Part shown: positions 32,102-45,684 of the stretch, in pieces
Position numbering within the stretch: position 1 is the stretch's first letter
Layout: every line of letters starts with the position of its first letter
Assembly (NCBI GenBank): GCA_963703225.1
Contig: OY969801.1
Location: 448,001-512,000 of the forward strand
Direction: 5' to 3'
DNA length: 64,000 bases
Source: Candidatus Eiseniibacteriota bacterium
GTDB lineage: Bacteria; Eisenbacteria; RBG-16-71-46; SZUA-252
Made by a program: the position numbers and the translations under genes
The notes under the pieces: generated by a model
Databases searched by the model: none
Told to the model about the DNA's origin: nothing
What the model saw: the letters and a program-made list of their open reading frames with translations, nothing else

Positions 32102-33774
32102 CCTTTTCCAGCCGCCCGCCGCGTGGCATCATCATTGGCTTGACCCGAACGAAGATTCCACTCCCTTCCATGGCCCCGATCTGGCTCGCCCTCATGGGGT
32201 TCGCCGCATTCGGGATCGCCTCCTCCACTGCCTGGGCGGCCCCTGCCGCCCAGGTCGTCGGGGACACGCCGCTTTATCAGAGCGCGGAGGAGCGATCGGG
32301 CGCCAGCGCGGCCGCTATCACGAACGATGCCCCGATTGAAGGGCGCGTCGACCCCGACACCTACAGGGTGGGGCCCGGGGACGAGTTCGCGCTCCGGTAC
32401 TCGGATCTCCTCGACCCGAGGATTCTCCGCGTCGCCCCCTCGGGCGAACTCCTGCTCCCCGACGCGGGATCGGTGGCGGTCGCCGGGCTCTCCCTGCGTG
32501 AGGCGGAGTCGCGCGTGCGCGAGGCCCTACGCCCCTATGTTCGCGGCAAGGGATTCGTGATCGCACTTCATCGCCCACGGCGCTTTCGCCTGCCAGTCCT
32601 CGGAGATGTGAATCGCCCCGGCGTCGTCACGCTTCAAGCACCGGTCCGCGCATCGGAGGCGATCGAGGCAGCCGGCGGCGTGACCCCGACCGGAGCCCAG
32701 CGGGGTATCGAGGTGCGCCGCGGCTCGGACACGCTCCGCGTCGACCTCGTGAGCTACGTGCGTGCCGGAGACTTGACTGCAAACCCGCTCGTCTTCGAGA
32801 CCGACGTCATCTACGTGCCGGCCACTGGCCGGAGCGTGGAGATTGCGGGGGCGGTGGCGCACGCCGGGCGCTTTGATTTCTTGGAAGGGGACCGGTTGAC
32901 CACGCTTGTGGCGTTGGGCGGCGGCCTTCTGCCGGAGGCGGCCCTGGACGAGGCCGCCCTCGTGCGATTTCGATCCGATGGCGCGCGCGAAGAGGTTTCT
33001 GTACAGCTCTCGGCGGCCATCGCCGCTCCCGGTGGTCCGGACGATCTGCGCCTTGCCGAGGGAGACCGTCTCTTTCTTCCCACGCGGTCTCATTGGCGCG
33101 AAGTTCCGTACGTCTGGGTCGAGGGAGAAGTCGCGAGGCCAGGACCCTATCCGATCGAGGAGGGGAGGGATCGGATCCGCTCGGTGCTCGAGCGCGCGGG
33201 GGGATACACCGATCTTGCCGACCGGGCCGCCGTGCGGGTGGAGCGCGAATTGGAGGAAGCGTATCCCGATACCGCGTTCCTCCGGCTCGCGCGCGAGCGG
33301 GATCAACTATTGAGTCAGGCGGATCGGTCGTACGTGATCATGAAGACGAGGGAGCGGGAGGCGCTTTCTGCGCCCGTGGGGGCGCTCCTTGAATCGGGTG
33401 ACTCGAGTGGAGACGTCCTGCTCCGCCGCCGCGATCGGATTGTTGTGCCGCTCCGGGTTTCGGTCGTCTCGGTGCAGGGGGAGGTACGCTCTCCGGGTCA
33501 CATACCCTACGAGGCGGACCGCAAGGCCGACGATTACATCAAAGCGGCCGGGGACTATACGTCTCGCGCCTACAAGAGCCGTGTCCGGATCACGCTCGCC
33601 GCGACGGGGCGGCAGGTCGGTGTGGACGAGACCAAGGCCATAATGCCCGGCGACATCGTCTGGGTGCCGGCCAAGCCCGAGCGCAATCCCTGGGGCACGA
33701 TCCGCGACATCATCGGCGTAACCGCGGCCGCGGCCGCCATCGTGCTCGCCGTCGAAGCGGTGAACCAACCGTGA
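32098..33774 (+). CDS. SLBB-domain polysaccharide export protein (Wza/KpsD-like)
   Basis: YRVGPGD and repeated GDVNRPG, GAVAHAG, GEVARPG, GEVRSPG SLBB motifs; C-terminal hydrophobic helix. The start may be 32140 or 32170. Confidence 0.82.
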   Translation: MTFSSRPPRGIIIGLTRTKIPLPSMAPIWLALMGFAAFGIASSTAWAAPAAQVVGDTPLYQSAEERSGASAAAITNDAPIEGRVDPDTYRVGPGDEFALRYSDLLDPRILRVAPSGELLLPDAGSVAVAGLSLREAESRVREALRPYVRGKGFVIALHRPRRFRLPVLGDVNRPGVVTLQAPVRASEAIEAAGGVTPTGAQRGIEVRRGSDTLRVDLVSYVRAGDLTANPLVFETDVIYVPATGRSVEIAGAVAHAGRFDFLEGDRLTTLVALGGGLLPEAALDEAALVRFRSDGAREEVSVQLSAAIAAPGGPDDLRLAEGDRLFLPTRSHWREVPYVWVEGEVARPGPYPIEEGRDRIRSVLERAGGYTDLADRAAVRVERELEEAYPDTAFLRLARERDQLLSQADRSYVIMKTREREALSAPVGALLESGDSSGDVLLRRRDRIVVPLRVSVVSVQGEVRSPGHIPYEADRKADDYIKAAGDYTSRAYKSRVRITLAATGRQVGVDETKAIMPGDIVWVPAKPERNPWGTIRDIIGVTAAAAAIVLAVEAVNQP

Positions 33775-33799
33775 TGGGGCCCAGCGAGGGGGGAGCGGC

Positions 33800-34852
33800 A
33801 TGAGTGGTCTGGCGGCAGGCGATCTTCTCCACGTCGCGCGGACCCGGGCGCGGTTTCTGATTCTCAACATCGCGATCACAACACTGGTCGCCCTGGGGGT
33901 GAGCCTTCTTCTTCCCAAGTGGTACGAAGCACGGGCCGTGCTCTTGCCGCCGACGGAGGAAGACAGCGGGTCGATGCTCTCACAGCTCATGCCTCGTGGA
34001 TTGGGCGCCATCCGCATGCCGGGGGCACCAACCATGTCGGACGTGTTCGTGGCCGTGCTGAAAAGCCGGTCCGTCGCGGACCGGATTGTGGAGCGATTCG
34101 ACCTGATCCATCGCTACAAGGCGCGCGACGAAGAGAAGGCGGCGAAGGAGTTGGAAGGGCACGTCAAGTTTCGTGTGGGGGACGAGGGGACCATCGCGAT
34201 CGTGGCGGAGGACCGGGACCCCAAGACCGCGGCCGCGATGGCGAACGCCTTCGTTGAGGAATTGGATCAATTCAATCTCCAGGCGCGCACCTCGAGCGCG
34301 AAACGGACCCGAGCGTTCATTGAGGACCGGCTTGACCTGGCGAAACAGGATCTCGCCGCCGCCGAGGACCAACTCAGGGAGTACCAGCAGAGCAAGAACC
34401 TTCCAGCGATCTCTCCGACGGCGGGCGGCGACTCCGACGTGGGCGCCCGGCTCATGGCGCAGAAGATCGCGCTGGAAGTGAAGCTCCAAGTACTTCGGGA
34501 GTCTCTCGCCGAAGACAGCGAAGAGGTCCGTCGAGTCCGTCAGGAGCTGGCAGCGATCGAGCGGCAGGTGGGCGGACTCCCGCGCGCGGGTGTCGAGATC
34601 ATGCGCCTCTGGCGCGACGTCAAGGTACAGGAGCAGGTCTTTGAGCTTCTCACCGCGCAGCTCGAGGAAGCCCGAATCCGCGAGACGCGCGACACACCGA
34701 CCGTGCAGGTTCTGGACGTCGCTAAGGTGCCGCTCTATAAATCGAAGCCGAAGCGGGCGCTGATCGTGCTCGCGGGATTCGTGGTCGGCCTGGCCGGGAG
34801 CCTTGCCTACGCGCTTCTGACAGAGCGGCGGCGCGCGATCCCGGTTCGTTGA
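33800..34852 (+). CDS. Wzz/GumC-type polysaccharide co-polymerase without kinase domain
   Basis: Two terminal TM helices, LLPKWYEA, coiled coil, VQVLDVAKVP...SKPKR. Confidence 0.85.
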   Translation: MSGLAAGDLLHVARTRARFLILNIAITTLVALGVSLLLPKWYEARAVLLPPTEEDSGSMLSQLMPRGLGAIRMPGAPTMSDVFVAVLKSRSVADRIVERFDLIHRYKARDEEKAAKELEGHVKFRVGDEGTIAIVAEDRDPKTAAAMANAFVEELDQFNLQARTSSAKRTRAFIEDRLDLAKQDLAAAEDQLREYQQSKNLPAISPTAGGDSDVGARLMAQKIALEVKLQVLRESLAEDSEEVRRVRQELAAIERQVGGLPRAGVEIMRLWRDVKVQEQVFELLTAQLEEARIRETRDTPTVQVLDVAKVPLYKSKPKRALIVLAGFVVGLAGSLAYALLTERRRAIPVR

Positions 34853-36210
34853 TCGCCGCGATCGTAGCGGCGGAACTGGGCCTTCTGGCGCTCGGCGCCG
34901 CGACCGGGCGATTCCTCGCCGCGGCGGCCTTGGCGGCGTCCGTCGCTTATTTCCTTGCCGCGTTCCGCTCTCCGAATGTCGCGTGGGCTCTGGTCTGGAT
35001 CGCATTTCCTTTTTCCATCGAAGTAACCCTCCCAGGCGGGAGCGCGATCAACCTCCCGACCGAGCCGATGATCGCGATCGCGATCGTGGCCTGGGCGCTG
35101 CGATCGATCATGATCGGCGAATTCCGCGTGCCACGGTCCTCGATGAACGCGCCGCTCGCAGTTCTCGCGGGCGTCGCGCTGATCTCGGTCGTGTTGAGCG
35201 CGTATATCGCGGTGGGGATGAAGGCCTGGCTCGTCGCGGCCGCGTACGCCGCGTTCGGGTACATCTTCTTCCTGTCCGCTCCGTGCCATCCGGCGCGCCG
35301 GGAGCGTTGGATCCGCTTGGTCGTCGCCACGGGGGCGCTTTGGGGACTCTATGGGACCATCCGCGCCTTCTCGCTGGGCGTAACTGCGCGATTGGCCTAT
35401 GGAATCGCGCGCCCGTTCTTCCCGGAGCACGGCACGTACGCGGCCTACCTCACAATGGTTCTCCCCTTGGCGCTCCTCCTGGCGATCGACCGGCGCGGCT
35501 GGGCGCGAGTCGGATATGCCATGGCCTCACTTCTCATCGGGCTCGGCGTCACGCTGTCGTTCACCCGGGCCGGGTGGGTCTCGCTCCTGGCCATCCCCGT
35601 GATGGCCGTTGTCTGGGCGCGCGGTCGAACCGCGTGGCGCAGTCTGGGTTTGCCCGCACTGTTGGCGGGCGTGATTCTCGCGGTCGTCCTGGCGGTGGGC
35701 GCCGGGCGCCACCTGTCCCGGCACGCCGAGTCGGTCGTGGAGGTCGAGAACGTCTCCAACCTCGAACGAGTGAATCGTTGGATGGCGGCCTGGGAAATGA
35801 CGAAGGATCACCCTTGGATCGGAGTGGGGTACGGCGCATACGCGCCGGCCTATCCGAAGTATCGACGGAAGTTGATCGTCACGGAGTCGGCCTACCAATA
35901 CATGGGGGCGCACAGCGAACCTCTGCGCATGCTCTCGGAGACGGGCGTCCTCGGGCTAGGCGCGTCCCTATGGTTCCTGTGGGCGGCCGCGCGCACCGGG
36001 GTGCGTACCTTTCGGTCGTCCCCCGACCCGGGCGCGAGGCTTCTCTCGCTCGCGGTCCTGTCGGGCCTTGCGACCTACGCGCTGCACGGCGTGTTCAATT
36101 CCTATCTCGGGTACGACAAAGTGACGGTGCCCTTCTGGCTCGGGCTTGGAGCTCTCGCGGCGCTGGGGGCGCGGTCCCGGGCGCCGGACGTCGAGAGCCG
36201 GATCACCTAG
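34849..36210 (+). CDS. O-antigen ligase/polymerase (Wzy_C) family protein
   Basis: SFTRAGW, SNLERVNRW, HPWIGVGYG, AHSEPL...ETGVLG. Confidence 0.82.
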   Translation: MIAAIVAAELGLLALGAATGRFLAAAALAASVAYFLAAFRSPNVAWALVWIAFPFSIEVTLPGGSAINLPTEPMIAIAIVAWALRSIMIGEFRVPRSSMNAPLAVLAGVALISVVLSAYIAVGMKAWLVAAAYAAFGYIFFLSAPCHPARRERWIRLVVATGALWGLYGTIRAFSLGVTARLAYGIARPFFPEHGTYAAYLTMVLPLALLLAIDRRGWARVGYAMASLLIGLGVTLSFTRAGWVSLLAIPVMAVVWARGRTAWRSLGLPALLAGVILAVVLAVGAGRHLSRHAESVVEVENVSNLERVNRWMAAWEMTKDHPWIGVGYGAYAPAYPKYRRKLIVTESAYQYMGAHSEPLRMLSETGVLGLGASLWFLWAAARTGVRTFRSSPDPGARLLSLAVLSGLATYALHGVFNSYLGYDKVTVPFWLGLGALAALGARSRAPDVESRIT

Positions 36211-36277
36211 GTCCGTTGTGGCGCGATGCTCGAGAGCACTGTGCTTCGGTTTCCGCCCTTCCGCGCACGGATTGCTA

Positions 36278-37256
36278 TCATGATCGCGCGGGTGGGCGTC
36301 GGAGAAACCCGCGCACGAGGGCCGTCGTTAGCGCGAAGGGGACGACGAGACAAATGGGGAGCCGGAGCAGGTTGAATCCCCATTTGGCCCATATCGGTAG
36401 AAACGCGGCGACGGCGACGAGGGTGAACGCGGTCGCGAGTCCCTGATCCTGGACGAGCAGCGCAAGCAGCACCGCCCCTAGAGCGATCACGTAGGCGAAA
36501 CAGGCGCGCACGAAGAGCCGGCGGAGAGCGAACGGCCCGACCCGTAGGATTTCGATTCGCTCCCGGAAACGGTCCGGGTGGCGTGCGATGAGGAGCGCGT
36601 CCATCTCGTAGCGCCCGGCCCAACGAAGGGGATCCAGGTAGCCCGAATGCTCGAGTGGGTGGGTGACCGCAGCCGAGGATTCCCTCGCCGTCCGCGCGCC
36701 CCTCTCCTCGAGCGAAAATCCGAAATCGGAGTCTTCACGGAAGTAGATCCCACGCTTCGGGTCGAAGAAGTCCTCGCAATATCCGCCCACGCTCTCGAAG
36801 AGCGAGCGCCGCACGAAGAGATTTGTCGGAAGGTAGTGAAGATGCTCGAGGTCGGGCCGCCGCGTCGGACGGCCGTCGGGGCGAACGGTCGCGCCTTCCA
36901 ACACGTCGATCGACGGGTCGCGCCGGAGGTGGGCGTCCGCGGACTCGAGCCAATCGCACGCCGGCCACGCAGTCGTCTTCGGTGAATGCCAGGAAATCCC
37001 CTCCGGCCTCGCGCGCGGCGCGGTTTCGCGCGGCCCCGGGCCCGCGCCGCTCGGTAGAGACGATCGCGCGCGCCCCCATCGCCGAGAGACTGCCGCGAAG
37101 CTCCGGGCCCGGCGAGGCGCCGTCGAACGAGACCAGGATCTCGATGCGATCGCGCGGCAGGGTTTGGCTGGCGAGGGATTCGAGGAGCGGGAGGAGTTTG
37201 GCGGCGTTGCCGCGAGTGGGGACGATGACGGAGAAGCGCGGTGCTTGCTCGCTCAT
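36278..37256 (-). CDS. Family 2 glycosyltransferase (+1 frameshift near 36965)
   Basis: SVIVPT, GPGAARN, FTEDDC. Deleting one base restores CVPACDWLES and joins VGGY...REDSDF plus C-terminal TM helices. Confidence 0.8.
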
Positions 37257-37278
37257 GCCCGCCGCCAGGACGGTGGGC

Positions 37279-40717
<3,439 letters not shown>

Positions 40718-40721
<4 letters not shown>

Positions 40722-41884
40722 GCGAGTACTTCCTCCTCTTCTGCTCCGCGCTCGTGTCGCGTCTGGTCAACCTCCTTGGGCGATTCCGCGGAGCGCGCCC
40801 CGAGCGCGTTCTCGTGGTGAGGCTGGACCACGTCGGCGACGTTCTCCTTGCCACGCCGGCCCTTCGCGCCCTCCACGACGGCCTCCCGGAAGCACCGATC
40901 GACGTCTTGGTCGCGTCCGGGTCGAGCGCCGTGCTCGAGGGGAATCGTTCCGTGAATCAGCTGATTCACTACGATTCGGGTCGCTACCGGCGCGGCGGCC
41001 GAGCGTCGGAATCCGTCGGCGACGGAAGGCCACGGAGGCGAGGTGCCCTCTCGGCCGTGCGCGAGGTCGCCCGCGGAAACTACACCACCATCGTCGAGCT
41101 GCGCGGCGACTGGTGGACGCTGCTCCTTCCATTTCTCTCGGGGGCCAGCCGGCGGGTCGATCGCGGGAGCGTTCGGATAGGGCAGTGGTTCGCGCGGCGG
41201 ATTGCCGGCGCGGGCCAGGTGCGGGGCTCGCTTCACGAGGTCGAGACCAATCTCGAGGTCGTGCGTCCCCTTCTCAAAGGAGCCACGCACGCGCGGCCGA
41301 CAACGGAGGTCGCCGTCGCGCAGACCGCGCGCGACTCGCTGGCCGAGAAGCTCGCCTCGGTCGGCGTGGAGAAGGCCGCGCCGTGGGTTTGCATCCACCC
41401 AGGGGCATCGTGGAAGCCGCGGGCCTGGAGGGCGGAGCGCTTCGCCGACATTGCCGATTGGATTCAAGAGCACTATCATGCGCAGGTCTTGGTTGTCGGC
41501 TCGGCCGACGAGCGGGACCTGGAAGCTGCGGTGCGAGCGAAGGTGAAGGGGCGTGGCGCCTTCTGGCTGGCCGGTGCGCTCACGTGGGCCGAGTTGGCGG
41601 CGCTCTTCGAGAAGGCCCGGCTCTTCATCGGCAACGACAGCGGCCCCGCGCACTTGGCCGCGGCGTGCGGGACCCCGTCGGTTGTGCTGTTCGGACCCCA
41701 GGAGCCGGGCCGCTTCCGTCCGTGGTCGGCGCGGAGCGTCGTCCTCCACCATCGCGTGCACTGCTGTCCCTGCCGCCAGACCGTGTGCGTGCACCCCGAG
41801 AATCCATGCGTGAATCTGATCGAGGTCGGCGAAGTTCAGAACCACGTGCGTCAGCTACTCGGCCCGCCGGAGTCGTTCCGGTGA
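40718..41884 (+). CDS. Family 9 (heptosyltransferase-like) glycosyltransferase
   Basis: RLDHVGDVLLATP, IHPGASWKPRAW, FIGNDSGPAHLAAA, VVLFGP, Cys-rich C-terminus. Confidence 0.88.
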
Positions 41885-41902
41885 CGCCCGAGTAGCGCCA
41901 TC

Positions 41903-43300
41903 ATGTTCGCCCGCCACCGCCAGCTCTTCCTGACCGGTATCTTCCTTCTCGACGGGTGCCTGCTCCTTGGTTCCTGGGTCGCGGCCTACTGGGTCCGATT
42001 CCGCTGGTTCCATCTGCCGGCGCCGCTCGGGATCCCGCCGCTCGAACGGTACCTCCTGTTCGGCGCGGTCGTGACGCCGTTGGCCCTTTTGATCCTCCGG
42101 TCCTTCCACCTCTACCGCTCCGCGCGCACGGCCCGGCTCTCGCAGGAGCTCTGGACGCTGGTCCAGGGAATCGCCATCGTGACCGCGCTCGCGGCGCTCG
42201 CTTCCTATTTCGTGCGGGGCGAGCTGGCGCGCTCGGTTCTCCTCCTCTTCGCGATCTTCGCCGCCGTCTCGCTCTGCGTCGCACACCTCGGGATCCGGAT
42301 CGCACTCCGTGCGGTCCGCCGCCGGGGCCGGAATCTTCGCCACGTGCTCATTGTGGGAACCGGCGATCTCGCGGAGCGGATCGCGCGAAAGATGACGTCG
42401 CAATCGGACTACGGTTTCGCGGTGGCGGGAATCGTGAGCGCCACGCCAGCCGCGGCGGGGAAGACGGTGGCCGGGTTGCCGGTCATCGGCTCGGTGTCGG
42501 ACTTGCCGGTGCTCGTCGAGCGGACCGGCGCGGAGCTGGTCTACCTCGCTCTGGCCCGGACCGAATACGAGGCAGAGCTCGAGGCACTCGAGCGGCTCGG
42601 CGATTCCACCGCCGCCGTTCGCTTGGTTCCCGACCTCGCCCGCGCGTTCACATTGAACGCCAGCGTCGAGGACTTCGACGGCACGCCGGTGGTGCTGGTC
42701 ACCGAGACCCCGGAACAGGGATGGAACTTGGTCGTGAAGCGTGGCTTCGACCTTGTCTTCTCCGCGCTGGGACTCCTGCTCCTGTCCCCGGTCCTCCTCG
42801 CGATCGGGATCTGGGTGAAGCTCGATTCGCCCGGGCCGGTTTTCTATTCGCAAGAGCGCGTGGGCGTGAACGGGAGGAGGTTTCGCATGCTCAAGTTTCG
42901 AACGATGCGGACCGACGCGGAGGCCGCGGGGCCCCAATGGAGCCGCCCGTCGGACCCACGGCGGACCCGGGCGGGTGCCGTCCTTCGCCGCCTCTCCATC
43001 GATGAGGTCCCGCAGCTCTGGAACGTGCTGGTCGGCCACATGAGCCTGGTCGGTCCGCGCCCGGAGCAGCCGGTCTTCGTCGATCGCTTCCGGGCGTCGA
43101 TCCCACGGTACATGCTCCGCCACCATGTGAAGTCGGGAATCACCGGATGGGCCCAAGTGAATGGCCTCCGGGGCGACACGCCGCTTGAGCGCCGGATCGA
43201 ATTCGATCTCTACTACATCGAGAATTGGTCGATGGCGTTCGACATGAAGATTCTCTTCTTGACCTTCCTGCGCGTCTTCCGTGACGCGAGCGCGGCCTGA
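41903..43300 (+). CDS. Undecaprenyl-phosphate glucose phosphotransferase (WcaJ-like)
   Basis: N-terminal TM helices, KRGFDL, KFRTM, IDEVPQLWNVLVGHMSLVGPRPE, GITGWAQVNGLRGDT, DLYYIENWS. Confidence 0.92.
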   Translation: MFARHRQLFLTGIFLLDGCLLLGSWVAAYWVRFRWFHLPAPLGIPPLERYLLFGAVVTPLALLILRSFHLYRSARTARLSQELWTLVQGIAIVTALAALASYFVRGELARSVLLLFAIFAAVSLCVAHLGIRIALRAVRRRGRNLRHVLIVGTGDLAERIARKMTSQSDYGFAVAGIVSATPAAAGKTVAGLPVIGSVSDLPVLVERTGAELVYLALARTEYEAELEALERLGDSTAAVRLVPDLARAFTLNASVEDFDGTPVVLVTETPEQGWNLVVKRGFDLVFSALGLLLLSPVLLAIGIWVKLDSPGPVFYSQERVGVNGRRFRMLKFRTMRTDAEAAGPQWSRPSDPRRTRAGAVLRRLSIDEVPQLWNVLVGHMSLVGPRPEQPVFVDRFRASIPRYMLRHHVKSGITGWAQVNGLRGDTPLERRIEFDLYYIENWSMAFDMKILFLTFLRVFRDASAA

Positions 43301-43394
43301 GCGCGAGCAGGCGCCGAGGCGCGAAATTGTTGAAGACGACCGAGGGAACGAAAGCACAGAGGTGTCGGGCCGCTGACTCGGGCCCTTGCCCATC

Positions 43395-44162
43395 ATGACG
43401 CGCCGTCTCTCGGTCGTGATCCCCACCCAGAACAACGAGAGGACGCTCCCCGCCGCACTCGCGAGCGTCGCTTTCGCTGACGAAATCATCGTGCTGGACT
43501 CGGGGAGCGTCGACCGGACTCGTGAGATCGCGCTTGGTGCCGGGGCCCGGGTCGTCGAGCGCCTCTACCGGAGTGACGGCGACCAGCGGAACGCGGGATG
43601 GGCGGACGCGACCAGCGCGTGGGTGCTCGCACTCGACAGCGATGAGGTGTTGGATCCGATTCTCGCCGAGGCCATGCGGGATCTCGTGGCGAGAGATCCA
43701 AGAGAGGGAGAGCCGGTCGCGTATGCGGTCCGGTTTCGGACCTACTTCTTGGGCTTCCCACTCGATCACGGTGGACTCGACCGTGACGAACACGTTCGCC
43801 TGGGGACCCGTGAGTGCACGCGGTGGGAATCCACGCTCCACTCTCACATGCTTGTGGACGGCCCGATCGGCCGGCTACCGGGAGTCGTCCATCACTTCAC
43901 AGGAACGGAGCTGTCCGAGCGACTGCGGAAGCTCGCCGCGTACGCAGCCGACCGTGCGGAGCAGATGCGAGCCGAGGGCGTGCGCCCCTCGATGTCACGC
44001 GCGCTCTGGCGGACGCTGCGATTCCTCCTCGGCCGCTTCGTAATCCGTGGCGGGTGGCGAGACGGCCTACCAGGTGCGGTATGGTGGTGGCTGCAATCGA
44101 CCGAGATCCTGCTCGCGCATCTTCTGCTGTACCGGCGAACGCGGCCGGGAGGCGGCTCCTAG
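43395..44162 (+). CDS. Family 2 glycosyltransferase (WaaE/KdtX-like)
   Basis: LSVVIPTQNNE, DSGSVDRT, WVLALDSDE, GGWRDGLPG. Confidence 0.82.
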   Translation: MTRRLSVVIPTQNNERTLPAALASVAFADEIIVLDSGSVDRTREIALGAGARVVERLYRSDGDQRNAGWADATSAWVLALDSDEVLDPILAEAMRDLVARDPREGEPVAYAVRFRTYFLGFPLDHGGLDRDEHVRLGTRECTRWESTLHSHMLVDGPIGRLPGVVHHFTGTELSERLRKLAAYAADRAEQMRAEGVRPSMSRALWRTLRFLLGRFVIRGGWRDGLPGAVWWWLQSTEILLAHLLLYRRTRPGGGS

Positions 44163-44215
44163 CGCCCATCAAGAGGCGCTTTCCAGCGGCTGGCCGCCGT
44201 AGTCGGAGAATACGC

Positions 44216-45577
44216 TCAGCCGGCGACCCACCTCGCTAGGGCCGCCAGCGCCAACGCGGCAACGCCAACGAGTGCGACGTCCCGCCCCGTCAACGTCACC
44301 CCCGCCCGGCTCATCGCGATTCCGCCGAAGCAGAGCGTGAGGAAGCCGGAGCCTGCGTACGCGAAGGGGAGCGCCATCGGCCCGAGCGCCGAAGTGGAGA
44401 GGGCCGCGTAGCACACGGCGAGTCCCGCCGAAGGGGCCAATGCGATCGGGAGCCAAAGCCTCGGGCCGGCCAGAGGGAGGGCGCCTACGGCCCAGATGTT
44501 CATGCCGACCCTGCAGAATTCGCCCCATAGCGCCCACGCCATCAGTGGGCGAGCGGGGTCGAAGCGGCTGGAGTAAAGGAGGTGGAGGAGCGGCGTCGAC
44601 GCGATCATCGCCGTTGCGAACGCAAGCGCCGCGAGGACGATGAGGGGGCTCCAGTGGCGCCGCGTGTACGCCCGGATCTCGACGGCTCCGCTCGCCGCGC
44701 TCACCTTGCCGAACGCGTAATTCGAGAGGTAGGCGTAGAAGAGCGTCCCGACCTGTTGGGAGAGGGCGAGCGCCGCCTGCAAGAGGCCGTTCGCAGCCAC
44801 GCCGTGCCGGCCGAGGTAGTGCGAGCGGACGGTCACCATCACGCCGAGGTCAACCAGGGAAAGTGCCACCGCCGCCGCTCCCACGGCGACAAGCGAGCGT
44901 GCGAGCCTCCAGTCAAGGGGCGGCCGCGGCATGGGAACGAAGGCGTCCGCGTAGGCCCGCCTGTGGAACAGGATGACGCCGAGGATCCCTGCGGGCGCGA
45001 GGGCAGCGACTCCGATCGCCGCGCCGGCGAGGCCCCACGCGGGGACGAGCACGATCGTCGCCAGAAGCGCAGCCACCCCTCCCGAGAGCGCCAGCGTCAC
45101 ATTGGCCTTGAGATCGGAACGGCCGACGAAGAGTCCGTACAGGAGCCCTTGGAGCGCGATCCCCGCCGCGCCCACGGCGGCGATCCGAACGAGGAGCGCG
45201 TGTCTGGGCGTCCCGAGGAGCGCGACGCTGATCGGCGACGCGAAGATGAGTCCCACCGCTGCGACGGCCGTCGTGCCCAGCCCCACCAGCGAGAGCGCGG
45301 TCCAAACGGTACGCCGCGCCGAAGCCTCGTCGCCCGATCCCTGCGCCGCGCCCACCGCGCGGCCGACGGGTAGACCCAGGCCCATTCCGCCCAGAGCGCC
45401 GAGCCACATCTGCGCCGAGCTGGTCTGCGCCAGCACGCCGAGGCCAGCGGTGTGGAGGTGGATCGCGATCCATTTGTTCCGGACGATTCCGAGCAGCGCG
45501 CCCGAGATGGTGGCGCTCGATCCCATCGCGAAACGGAGGGATCGATCCTTCCAGAGAGCGGATCGGGAGACGGACAT
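44216..45577 (-). CDS. Second Wzx-type flippase
   Basis: Many TM helices. GIVRNKWIAIHL...GVLAQ, NGLLQ and LYSSRF parallel the 30617 flippase. Confidence 0.75.
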   Translation of the reverse strand: MSVSRSALWKDRSLRFAMGSSATISGALLGIVRNKWIAIHLHTAGLGVLAQTSSAQMWLGALGGMGLGLPVGRAVGAAQGSGDEASARRTVWTALSLVGLGTTAVAAVGLIFASPISVALLGTPRHALLVRIAAVGAAGIALQGLLYGLFVGRSDLKANVTLALSGGVAALLATIVLVPAWGLAGAAIGVAALAPAGILGVILFHRRAYADAFVPMPRPPLDWRLARSLVAVGAAAVALSLVDLGVMVTVRSHYLGRHGVAANGLLQAALALSQQVGTLFYAYLSNYAFGKVSAASGAVEIRAYTRRHWSPLIVLAALAFATAMIASTPLLHLLYSSRFDPARPLMAWALWGEFCRVGMNIWAVGALPLAGPRLWLPIALAPSAGLAVCYAALSTSALGPMALPFAYAGSGFLTLCFGGIAMSRAGVTLTGRDVALVGVAALALAALARWVAG

Positions 45578-45585
45578 GGAACGCG

Positions 45586-45614
45586 AGTGTCGGCCAGGGC
45601 TGCGCGGGTGTCAA
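45586..45614 (-). promoter_or_regulatory. Sigma70-like promoter, candidate leaderless transcript
   Basis: TTGACA-17-GACACT on the minus strand, 8 nt before ATG 45577. Confidence 0.5.
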
Positions 45615-45684
45615 TCGAGCCAGGAGTCCTGGGTCGACGTCGCACGCCTTGATCGTGGAGGGCTGTCTGGCGGATGATGGACGG

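Noticed and set aside
43301..43394. Possible riboswitch in the wcaJ-GT2 spacer
   Set aside because: Purine-rich GGGAACGAAAGC is only superficially like c-di-GMP aptamers. I could not build the required stems.
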